Source: Glaucostegus cemiculus
Lineage: Eukaryota
Assembly: GCA_976551045.1 (NCBI GenBank)
Contig: CDPCPM010000061.1
Span: 1,364,001-1,428,000 of the forward strand
Reading direction: 5' to 3'
Length of the DNA stretch: 64,000 bases
Below the pieces are notes generated by a model that was given only the letters and a program-made list of their open reading frames with translations, was not told where the DNA came from and did no database searches. The position numbers and the translations under genes were made by a program. Of the stretch, positions 1-10,879 are shown piece by piece. Each line of letters starts with the position of its first letter. The stretch's first letter is position 1.

Positions 1-384
1 AGTTACACCAGCTCCTTGGGAGAATAATTGTCTAATTATAATTCTCAAACTGCCAACGATATTTATTATATTTTAATAATGAGTTAAATTTACTTTGAAC
101 TGTTTAAGTTGCTTCTTGTTTCTTCAGCCATCAAACATTAAAAAACATGTTAGGATTGATTAACTCTTTCCTGATGAGCAGGATGTGAGTGAGTCCATGG
201 TGCCAAGGGAGTGGCTCTATTTTATGTCCCACTTTCTCCAATCTGCAGGTTTTAACCTCATTTCATCTGGAGGCAGGTCAAACCCCATAAGTGAAACAAA
301 ATAGAATGAATACAAAATAGAGTCCAGTGTACAAACACGGGCCCCAGTGAAATTTTAACTATCAGTTGAACTGGATCTTACATC

Positions 385-560
385 TTATTTTCTCCCTGCA
401 CTGCACTTTCTCTGCAGCTGTTACACTCTATTCTGCAGTCTATTTTTGTTTGTCCCATATTACCTTGATGCACTATGTAATGAATTGATCTGTATGATCA
501 ATATGCAAGACAAGTTTTTCAAGTACATGTGATAATAATAAACTAATTCCAATTCCAATA
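385..560 (+). mobile_element. Rex1/Babar-type LINE 3' end remnant
   Basis: Reverse-complement similarity to the 3' UTR of the RT-bearing copies at 2055-2900 and 11135-12318; ends in ccaatt-type repeats. Confidence 0.7.
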
Positions 561-2054
561 CCCGATCCTTTCTGTTGAGGAGTTAATGCAGATCACTGAG
601 GTAAGTTTAATGTAACTTGTTTTAGTTCGGCCAGGGTGACCAGGATAATTCAGACTTGTTCAGTATGAAAACTCCAAGCCTCCGTAAACATGCACACCCC
701 TTAAACAGCCTCCACCCACCCCCTTCCCCTGGCCACCATTGTCTGGTATTGATCAGGGCTTTGGAGCCCCTGAAACTTTATCTTTCCCTGTGGGATAAGT
801 AGTTGAAGTTTCCATTGTCGGCTTTGAAGTTTCCCTCCAATTTATGCCCTCCTGTGCTGGATTTCCCATGAGGCAATGGTTTCCCCCGCACAAACTCAAC
901 CGAATCCCTTCATCTGCTTAAGCACCTGGATTCACTCTCTCCATGAACTGTCATTTTCACATGGTCTTCTGCTTATCATATATATTTTGAGGGCTGGTCA
1001 GGTGATGAGCAGGATGTTTGATCAAGGCAATGGAGGGACGGGAGGTCAGGTGATGAAATCTCCAGGAACGCTTCCAAATTTTGTTCCACCCTCTCCTAAA
1101 AAGGCAGCATAAACCCAGCTTTTGTCAGTCCACGAACCGGAGGCCCACATTACATTAATTCATGTATTGGTTCGCCCAGGGGCTGTGCAGCTGTGTAAAG
1201 TCCGAAAGTCTGTAGAGCTCCCTCTGAACGCTTTTTATCCGCGGCCCCAACGTTTGAAATTCATGGTCCTCGGTTGACTTCCCAGCCTGCTCGTAAATCA
1301 TTGAGAGACCGACGGAAAACTCGCATCATTTCAGCTTTTAGTGTGCTAAAGGAGCTCAGAGGTAGCGAGCTACACACTGCTTTTGGTTTGCCCAGGGCGT
1401 GATTTTTGAGTCAGCCGAGATCACTGGTGTAAAACATTGCAAGCATTCAGCATCCCTGTCAATGGGAGCTTTCTGGGATTTACAACACTAATTAGACTCA
1501 CTCACGTAACATTGGCCATGAATTTACAGTGTATGTATTCTGCATTTGACCTCGGTGGGAGGTTGAATCCCTGTCTGGGCTCCACCACATAAATCCAGCT
1601 GAACGTGCCCTGTGGCCGACTGCTGGTTTTGGGGTATGCTGGTGTCACATGACAGCTAATGAAGTCACTGGCAGGCAATTATAGTTATCGTTACATGGGT
1701 GCTCATGATGGCTCCCATATCAGACCTATCTGAGTTTTGATTACAGCCACTCAACACCACCAAAAGCCTGGAAAGAGGAGCTTTGTTAACTTAGACCACC
1801 ATAAAGGTAACTAGTGAGTCCTCCAAAGATTCAGATTTATTTCTGTGCCAGCTCTCATTGCTCCTGGTTTGCCCATTGACTAAAAGGACTATTTTCTTTT
1901 GTTTCAAAGTAGGGTTATAAGAAATTGCAGGGAACATTGTGACTCAGTTTGACCACCTGAAGCTAGACCAATGTGACTCAGTTTGAAACAGTGCATGCTT
2001 GTTCTCAGGCCAGGTCTGCAGTGAGACGACAATCCTCAGCAAAGCTGATAGACT

Positions 2055-2900
2055 GGTAATTAGTATTGGTTTATTATTGTCACATGTACCGAAGTACAGT
2101 GAAAAGCTTTGTTTTGCATGCCATCCAGACAGATCATTCCAAACATAAGTACATTGAGATAGTACAAAAGGAAAAACAATTAAAGAATGCAGAATATAGT
2201 ATTACAGGGAAAGTGCAGTGCAGGTAGACAATAAGGTGCAAATGCCATGGCAAGGTAGACTGAGAGATCAAGAGTTCATCTTTATCGTACAAGAGATCCG
2301 TTCAAGAGTCTTATAACAGTAGGGCAGAAGCTGTCCTTGAGCCTGGTGGTATGTGTTCTCAAGCTTTAGTATCTTCTGCCTGATGGAAAGGGAGAGAAGT
2401 GAGATTAACCTGGGTAGGAGTGGTCTTTGATTATATTGGTTGCTTTCCCAAGGCAGTGGGAGGTGTAGACAGAGTCAATGGAGGGGAGGCTGGATTTCAC
2501 GATAGAGTGGGCTATGTTCACAACTCTCTGCAATTTCTTGTGGTCTTGGGCAGAGCAGTTGTCATACCAGGCTTTGATGCATCCAGATAGTATGCTCTCC
2601 ATTGTGCATCTGTAAAAATTGGTGAGGATCATCAGAGACATGCCAAATCTCCTTGGCCTTCTGAGGAAGTAGAGTTACAGGTGCACTTTCTTGGCCATGG
2701 CATCTATGTGGTTGGACCAGGACAAGCTATTGCTGATATTTACATCTAGGAAATTGAAACTCTCAACCATCTCCACCTCAGCACCATTGATGTAAACAGG
2801 ACCGTGTTTTCTGCCCTGATTCCTGAAGACAATGACCAGCTCTTTTGTTTTGCTGACATTGAGGGAAAGTTTGTTGTCTCGACACCAAGTCAAGGTGACT
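2055..2900 (-). mobile_element. Rex1/Babar-type LINE, 5'-truncated (RT C-terminal part plus 3' UTR)
   Basis: Minus-strand peptides WCRDNKLSLNVSKTKELV and NFYRCTMESILSGCIKAWYDNC are typical of Rex1-clade RT; frames are disrupted. Confidence 0.88.
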
Positions 2901-3414
2901 GTCAAGAAGGATGCAGGTCACTTCCGCAAGTAGAATTCGGTATCCAGATGCAAACAACAACTGTGCCTGGGAAATGCCTGCTCTTAACCCAGAATTTATT
3001 TTCCTTTACAAATTGGAAACTCAGCTCAGACTGCAGGCCTGGATGCTTCAAACCCAGGTGTCAAGCTCCCAACGGCTCTGCGTAGATTGTGATATGAAGC
3101 CAGGCAAGTGGCAGGATCTGAGACCGTCCTGAGTATGTGGTGGAGGGGTGGAGAGGATAAATCCCTGCTTGGGAATTTTCTAGCTTTCATTTCAGGTCCT
3201 GACTCAGGTTGTGGGACCTTACCAGTTCTGGTCCTGCCATTTTTACCAAACAGTAAAGCCGCTTGAGATTTCCCTCTCAAGTTGCCAGGTTACAATTGAG
3301 TTGAACCCCAGAGACATCATGAGGACCTGTTCCCAACTTAGTCCCCAACTCCAGAGTGACCACTCAGCATGGGTGGCTCCCACTGGCCAGGCTTAGTTAA
3401 AATTGCCTTATAAA

Positions 3415-3630
3415 TAGTGCTGCTGCCTCACAAGTCCAGTGACTTGGTTCAATCCTGACCTCCGGTGCTGCCCGTGTAGACTTTGCACATTCTGCCTGTG
3501 ACCATGTGGGCTTTCCCTGCGAGTGCTTGTTTCTTTCCATGTGGTAGGTGGTTGTCTGCTGTACTTACCCTGTTGTAGGTATGTAGGAGGAGAATCAGGG
3601 TGGATTTGATGGGTACAAGGGAGCAAAAAG
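3415..3630 (+). mobile_element. Degenerate V-SINE (tRNA-derived)
   Basis: B-box-like ggttcaatcc followed by a V-domain-like tttgcacattctgcctgtgaccatgtgggc. Confidence 0.65.
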
Positions 3631-4439
3631 CTTATAGTTCAGATTCATGTTTATTGTTAGGGGAAAAATACATACCCAGGGTATAAATGCCATGAAAATT
3701 AGCTTTTTCCAGCAGCAGCACAGTACATTACAAACATGACAAACATAAATAATTTGGTACCCAATTTAAAGTCATGCATTTTAAAGTCATCCTTTAGTAT
3801 TCATCTTTAAATCCCTATATCCATATTTATAAGGGGGAGCCTATGTAAACTTGTCACACTGTTAAAAGCCTTTTGCATTAAGTGGTGGCACTTGGACCAC
3901 CTTCACTGGGTGAATGAGGTAATTGTAATGTGATGTTTACAAAGTGAGTTTCCATCAGAACTGTGGATATCGGAACTTAGAATGGAAAATTTGTCAGGAA
4001 TTGTATACAGTCGTAAATATTAAAATATATTATTCAGATATCTTCAGGAAATGTTAGTGGTTCCATCTCATTAAGTTTCAAGAGCTTTACGTTAACCCAG
4101 ATGGGATACCAACCATCATTTAGAGTGTGTTCTGCTTGTCACTTCACCTGATGTCATTTGGCCACCACATCCCCATACAGCATTGTATGTAACACGCTAG
4201 ATGTAATTAGCAACCATTGCAAGGAATCTTAAGCATAAATCTTGGTTGACAATGACTTGAAATTATTTTGTGCCTCCAATACTTATGCACACTTAAACAT
4301 CCTGAAGTGTCTTAGAATCCCATTATCTGCAGAACCATGTGTGGAAGATGTTAGAGCAGGTGACCAAAAGCTTGGTCAAAGAGAAGGGACCTAAGCTACT
4401 GCTTGATGGAGGAATGTTCAATGGAGGTGGCATTATTTC

Positions 4440-4936
4440 ATTAATTGGTAATTGCTTTATTATTGTCACATGGATGGAGATACAGTGAAAAGCTTTGCTT
4501 TGCATGTCATCCAAATGGGTCATTTCAAACAAGTACATCGAGGTAGTGCAAAAGGAAATGCAGTAACAGAATGCAGAATATAGTGTTACAGAGAACGTGC
4601 AGGTAGACAATAAGGTACAAGGGACATGACCAGGTAGATTGAGAGGTCAAGAGTTCATCTTTTTTGTACAGGAGGTACATTCAAGAGTCTTGTAACAGCA
4701 GGATGGAAGCTGTCCTTGAGCCTGGTGGTACATGTTCTCAAGCTTTTGTATCCTCTGCCCAATGGAAGTGGGCTGGAGAGAAAATGGCTGGGGTGGGAGG
4801 GGTCTTTGATATTGTTGGCTGCTTTCCTGAGGCAGCAGGAAGTGTGGGCAGTCAGTGGAGGGGAGGCTGGTTTTTGTGATAGACTGGGCTGTGTTCACAG
4901 CTCTCTGTAATTTCTTGTGGTCTTGGGCAGAGCAGA
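4440..4936 (-). mobile_element. Rex1/Babar-type LINE 3' fragment
   Basis: Colinear with 2055-2560; minus-strand peptide NTAQSITKTSLPS. Confidence 0.85.
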
Positions 4937-5054
4937 GTGCCAGAGCTTAAGGACTGAAAATGGTTATGAACATCTGGATACAAAGGGACACCACATTTTT
5001 ATTCTCCCTCTGCTGATGTGTTCACACCAAAGTTTGGTTTGATGGCGGCACCCT

Positions 5055-5690
5055 GGCCCCTCAGTTCAAAGTGCCCCAGTCCAGAATTGAATGAGTAATC
5101 TGGCTTACTGAAGTACTGGACTGCCCCTCTGTTGGAAGTGCTGCTTTCAGATGAGATGTTGAACCAGAGCTCCTACAATTGGTTGATAAGATCCCATTGC
5201 ACTCTGTCAGCAGAGTGCAGGTTAGTTCTCTCTGGAGCCAATACAAGTCCTTCAATAAGCATCACAAAACCAGATGGTGAAGTAACTTTCCTCACTGATC
5301 AGAATCAGAATCAGTTTTATTGTCACAACCATATACATACATAGTATGCATAGGAGCGAGATACCGTCCTCCTCAGGTGCTCGTCCCATTAAATAACAAC
5401 CAACAGAGACACACAGACACACTTAACAGAATAAACATTAAAAAACATTAAACATTAAAAACTACGGAAGTTAAAATTAAATTAATACGCAGATTAAATT
5501 AAAAATGGCCGGTAAATAAATAAATAGTTATTAAAGTGAACGGGCTGGTGGTGGGCATTTAAACATGTTTGTCATGTTTAGTGTTTCTGTATATTACAAC
5601 AGTGACTATACCTCAAAGGGGCACATCTGGATTTAAAACTCTTTGAGACGTCCTGAGGCTGTGGAAGGTGCTATCTAAATGCACTTCCTT
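5055..5690 (+). mobile_element. Degenerate Deu-domain SINE (SacSINE1/AmnSINE-like), interrupted by a LINE tail at about 5297-5540
   Basis: Deu-core-like tttcagatgagatgttgaaccagag...gatcccattgcact at about 5135-5205, and an L2-like tail gagacgtcctgaggctgtggaaggtgctatctaaatgca at about 5645-5683. Assignment relies on recalled consensus. Confidence 0.55.
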
Positions 5691-5894
5691 TGTGTTCTCT
5701 TCCTTTCCGATACTTCCTGCTTGGGATATGTGACAGAATGAAGTCCGGCCTCTAACTGTATTCATCTGTTGCTGCTGACAGATGTTTGGAGTGCTTGCAC
5801 AGATGTGGTTGTGGTGATCTTTCTACCCTCATGCAAAGACCTGTGTTTCAACAGCCAGTCTCAATAACTGGCACATCTGTGCCGGTGATGAGAA

Positions 5895-5990
5895 CTGGGT
5901 GCAGGGTTTCGACCAGAAACATCAACAGGTCCCCCCCTGCCCACAGATGATACTCAACCATTGAGTTCCTCCAGCATATTGTTTGTTGCA
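5895..5990 (+). mobile_element. Penelope-terminus-derived short repeat, single arm
   Basis: gggtttcgaccagaaacatcaac...ccacagatg...tgagttcctccagc resembles 17180-17310. Confidence 0.65.
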
Positions 5991-7844
5991 ATGCCACAGC
6001 GATCACTGACCAAACCACCTGGGTTCAGGTGAAGCTCCACTCCAGGACCTGGGGAATGTTTGCTGGGATACCTTTGGCAATCAGAAGGGAATCAGGCAGG
6101 GGAGGAGGTCTTTGGATGCAGGGTGTGAGGTGCAGGACTTGAGGGAGAGGTAACCAGAGACTTTGGGTTGGAGGTAGGAGCTTGGGGGAGGGAGGGGAGC
6201 TCGGGAATGTGGAATCGGAATGTTTGGTATTAGCACGGGGAGAGAGGGAGGCGAGGGACTGAATATCGGTTGTGTTCAGGTGGAGGCAGTGCATCTCAGG
6301 GTTTTGGGGATTTACAACTTGCTTTGGAGGAGATAGTGGACCAGAGACTGGAAATGGGTGGGAGTGAGAGAAGTGACAGCAAAATTGTGACCGGGAGCAG
6401 CCCTTAAAAGGAATTTTGGGCAGAAGGTTATGAACCCTGAGAGATGGGATGGAGGGAACTGTGTTCTATCTGCACATGGGGAGAGTGTGCTCTGATATTA
6501 TGCAGCAAACTCCAGTAATTGGAAGAGAGGGATGGAGGACAGGTCGGTGGTGGTGGGGAGATGGATATACCTACTCCACAACAAGGGAACGATGTATTGC
6601 TTTACCTGTTGAATGAAAAGCAAATGGTAGCTTGCACAGCATATCCTCCACCCAGAGTTTAATGCAGTTTTTGAAAGCAGGAAGGCGATCCTTCATTTTA
6701 AATTGAGTCATTGCTTACTTAAAGGTTTTAGCATTAGAGATATAGATGGAAGGGGGATCTGGTTTGCAGTCCCTCTTGTGCACCTGAATTAGACCTCTCC
6801 AGTGATCTGTTCTGCATCTTTTACACCAGACACGCTGAATGTGTAACTAGGTGTAATCTTCAAGCAAAGTTAGTCTCCATTATACAAGAGGGTGACTGTC
6901 GTTATCGTCTACCAGAGTCACAGTAATGGCATGAAATTCCTACCTGTTGTACAGGCTGGGAGCATTTCAACAAACAATAACTTGCATTTACGTAGAACCT
7001 CCACCACATTGAAATGCCCCATGCAGATAGACCATCAAACGAGCATTTGACAAAGCACCAAGTGTCTTTGTAGCCACTAGGGGACAATATATTTATTACA
7101 TAACTGTGACATTTAAGAATGAGTACAATATGCACAGAACATTTCATTCTGGTGATTCATTGGTTTGTCTTTTCTCAGGTGTGAAATCCCCACTTTACAT
7201 ATTTCTCTGTAATAGATTTGTTATAAGAACAGAAAGTGAGGTTTGATGATTTGTAATGTTGACTATTTCACCTTTTTAAATGAATAAATAAGATATAATT
7301 TTGCAAGCATGACAGCAGCTCTGTTATCATGCAGATGTTTTTCAGAACTTGAATATATTTCAGGAGTTGTGGCATATTGATGGCAGGGATGATTAAGGAT
7401 GTTGCATATTCATTATCTGTGATTTATTAGCAACTTTCTGCTACCTAATTTATATTTTACTGTTTAAATTGAGTGAGCTCAAAAAAAGGAAGAACTCGAC
7501 ATTTGTAAAAGGTTTCTTCCTGCCGTCAATCCATCATCCCATTTTGTTTGCTGGGCCTGGTTTTTATGCTCAGATACATCTTTAGAGAGCCTCACCTGTC
7601 CTGGCAAGATCTCTCTTTGCAGCTTAGTTGATAAAACTCAGGTCTCCATTGGTGTGACTTCAGACCCCACTCCTGAGGCTTGGTACCCTGTGCAGTACTG
7701 GGAGAATGTAGAGTTTCAGGGATGCCACCCTTTGGGTGAAGGGTGTTAAACCAGCGTCAAGTGGGTCAAGGTTCCTAGGTACAGTTTTTTAGGCCAAATT
7801 TATTGTAAAGGAAACAGACTGTACATGTAGGAAAGTTGTGGTAC

Positions 7845-8085
7845 AGCGGTAAGGTGACACAATGTTTCTACTGCCTCGCGGCTCCTGGTTACAGCCACGG
7901 TTCGATCCTGATCTCAGGTGCTGTCCATCTGGAGTTTGCATGTTCTCCTTTGACTGTGTGGGGTTCCGCCAGATGCCTAGGTTTCCTACTGCTTCTTGAA
8001 GACGTGCTGAGGAGTTAATTGGCTGCTGTACATTACTTAGTGTGGCAAAAGAACCAAAGGGAGTTGATAAGCAGGTGAATAGAAA
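7845..8085 (+). mobile_element. V-SINE, older copy
   Basis: ggttcgatcc B-box followed by ggagtttgcatgttctcc V-domain. Confidence 0.7.
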
Positions 8086-8499
8086 AAGTTACAGGTCCTG
8101 CCCAGGTTACAAATACCTGACTTATTGACAGCCCGGGCATATGAGTGAGTATTTTGGAAACCAGTGGGGTGGGTGGGGATGGATTTTGCCGGCTGCTGCA
8201 GGACTTCAAGATCTTCTGCCAGGTGAGGACAGAGTATTTCCATGTGCCTTCCCCCCCACCCCCTCCCCCTCCCCATCCCCAAGCCACAACAGTCAGGGGC
8301 TTGTTGGAAGCGAGCAGAGCTGGGAGCACAGAACAGACTCACTCGCTCACTCCCTGCGTCAGTGAGGCTGGCTGCCAGCCACTCTTCCCCCTCGCTCTCC
8401 CATCACAGCTATTCCTGTTCATTTCCGACTTACAGTCGGGATAACAATTGATATTTTCTCTGGATGAACAAGGCGGAGATCTGGCCTGCATGAAACAAC

Positions 8500-8950
8500 A
8501 TGAGACAGCATGAAATCTGGCCATTTGGCCTACCAAACCTGTGCCAGTTCCATAAAAAGTCGTCTAGTCTGTCCTACTCCACACAAACCTGAAAATTCAT
8601 TCCTTTCAGATACTTATCCAGTTCCAATTTGAACATTACAATTGAACCTGCCTCCTCTCCCATATCTGGCAAGTCAATCCATACCGCAACCACTCATGGG
8701 GTAAAAAGAATTTGTCCTCACTCACTTCTGCCAATTGCCTTCACTCTGCCCCTCGTTCTTGACATCTCCACTAATGGGAGCAGTTTCTCTCCCTCTTATC
8801 TCTCTGTTCCCGCCATGATTTACAACCTTATTTGTTGCAAGGAGAACATTGCAACTTCTCTGGTCAATCCATATAACCAAGCTCTTTCATCCCTGGAATC
8901 ATTTTGCTGAATCACTTCTGCACCCTCTCAAAGCCTTAATACCTTCCTAC
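8500..8950 (-). mobile_element. Degraded CR1 LINE 3' fragment
   Basis: Similar to the minus-strand CR1 3' ends at 25872-26365 and 33605-34100. Confidence 0.6.
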
Positions 8951-8973
8951 CATTTGGTGGTGATGCTCAGTGG

Positions 8974-9092
8974 AGACACAAGAGATTGCAGATGCTGTAA
9001 CATGGAGCAAGAACAAACTGCCGGTAGGGCTCAGTGGATCATGGGACATCTGTGGAGACAAAGGGATGGTCGACATTCTGGGTTGTGACTCT
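8974..9092 (-). mobile_element. Penelope-terminus-derived short repeat, single arm
   Basis: gacacaagagattgcagatgctg...catctgtggagacaaagggatggtcgacatt is the reverse complement of the 17200-17310 type sequence. Confidence 0.65.
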
Positions 9093-10007
9093 GAGTCAGA
9101 AGGAAGATAACTTCCCACAGTATACTAGTTATGGCTGAACCAGAGGTTTATGGCAACTTCACCGAGGAATCCAGTCAGAAAGTCAAGAGAAATACCCTTG
9201 GTGAGAATGTGGAACTCAATGCAGTGGTTGAACCCAACAGAGGAAGCTATACAAGTAAATGTGGGAGAAGGAATTAGAAGATAGGAGTGGGCTTATGTGG
9301 ACTATAAGGGACCATCACAGGGCATTGGGCTGAAGGACCTCTTTCTCTGCTGTAAATTCAGTGCAGTTGGTCCAGAATACCTTTCTGGTTCTCACTGCTT
9401 TGAATCATGAAGGAATCGTATACAGCAAGAATCTCATTCGCTTTCAAAAAAACAGCAGAGAAACCTGGAGGGAGGAAGTTGTGTAAAACTACAACTCCCT
9501 GACACAAACTCCATTCTTCACGTGCAGGTAGAAGATGGCTGACTCTTCCCTGTTGCCTTATGGTGTAGAACAAAGGACTTTTGTGGGTATAGAGCTTCAT
9601 GCAAATTTAACCCCAATATCCTCAGTCCTGATATCAAGTTTGCAGATAATTCCACTCCATTCCTCACTTATTTCAGACCGCAGTCCCTCTGTGTGCACTG
9701 TCCTTGATTCTCGTGCAGTCTGATGTGTGGATCACTGTGTTCATGTCCTGTGGGCAGGCGATAATATTGTAGCTTTCAACTCCTGAAGATGAAAGTCCAA
9801 CCAACAGCTGTCAACCCTTGCCTTTGATGACTCCATTTTTAGTCCCTTTCTGTCTCTGCGTATTGCAATCTCTGATCTCGGATGGAAATCCTGTGCCAAG
9901 AATCCACTTTAAGAAGCTCGTTTTTTCTTTCATTTTGTTTTATTTTTCACTTTGTGAGCTCTGAGCTCTCTGTAAAGTTTCAGTCCATTGATGATCAACT
10001 GTTTGTT

Positions 10008-10024
10008 TGTGTGTGTGTGTGTGT
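10008..10024. repeat. Short (GT)n microsatellite
   Basis: Direct reading. Confidence 0.8.
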
Positions 10025-10104
10025 ATGAGGGGGAAGAGAAAGTGTTGAGGGCAGTGGACGTTGTTAAGTGCCTGGCTCACATCCCTTGGCAGGAGAGTGT
10101 GTGC

Positions 10105-10395
10105 AAAAATTCAAAATCAAAGTCAAAGTCGAGTTTATTGTCATGTGCACAAGTACATGTATGTGCAGGTGTAATGAAAAACTTACTTGCATCACAGGCA
10201 CACAACATCATATAAACAGGTTTTATGAGAAAAACATAAATTAAACATAAACTATACATAATTTTTACAAGAACGAACACAACTCGAACCAAAAACATTT
10301 TAGTGCCAAGTGGTCATAGTGTGACTATACTGCAGTGGTTACGGTTGTGCCAGTTGATTCAAGAACCAAATAGTTGAAGGGCAGTAGTTGTTCTT
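10105..10395 (-). mobile_element. LINE 3' tail of a second subfamily (probably Rex1-clade)
   Basis: Begins with (tcaaag)n-type repeats followed by tttattgtcatgtgcacaagtacatg, the same architecture as the other LINE tails. Confidence 0.55.
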
Positions 10396-10879
10396 TACTG
10401 TTGATGCATATTTAGAGGAACAAGTTAATGATTCACATCCATAAACTTGGACACAGACTCCACACCATACTCCGTACATATGAATTCTTAATGCTTAATG
10501 ATTATTGGGAGCTTCCAACCCTGTCCCCCAATGCAGGCCTTGGAGAGATGGAGTTTGTGATGGGTCACCTTCGTTTCTAAGCTCCCCTCTGCAGCTTCCT
10601 GGTCTCCCTCCTTTGATGACGCTGTTATAATCAGACTCATTGCTCCCCTTGAGTTCCTAGCATTCTAATCATCATGCTCTTGCCTTCCTCATTGCACTCT
10701 GTTCCCTCATCCTCGTCCTTCTCTATAGATTCTTGGGGGAGGGGGTGGATTTCTGGTGGGAAGACACTGGTTAAAGCATGATTCCTGTCTGCAGTAGAGT
10801 CAATAGGGAGTTGATATTTCCCCCGGCTGTGTGTCTAGAACCAGGGATCAATAACCTCTAAACAAGGGGTCAGTGGTGG

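Noticed and set aside
1130-1530. CpG-richer stretch resembling ancient non-autonomous DNA-transposon relics
   Set aside because: No termini or TSD could be defined, and the resemblance is too vague to call.
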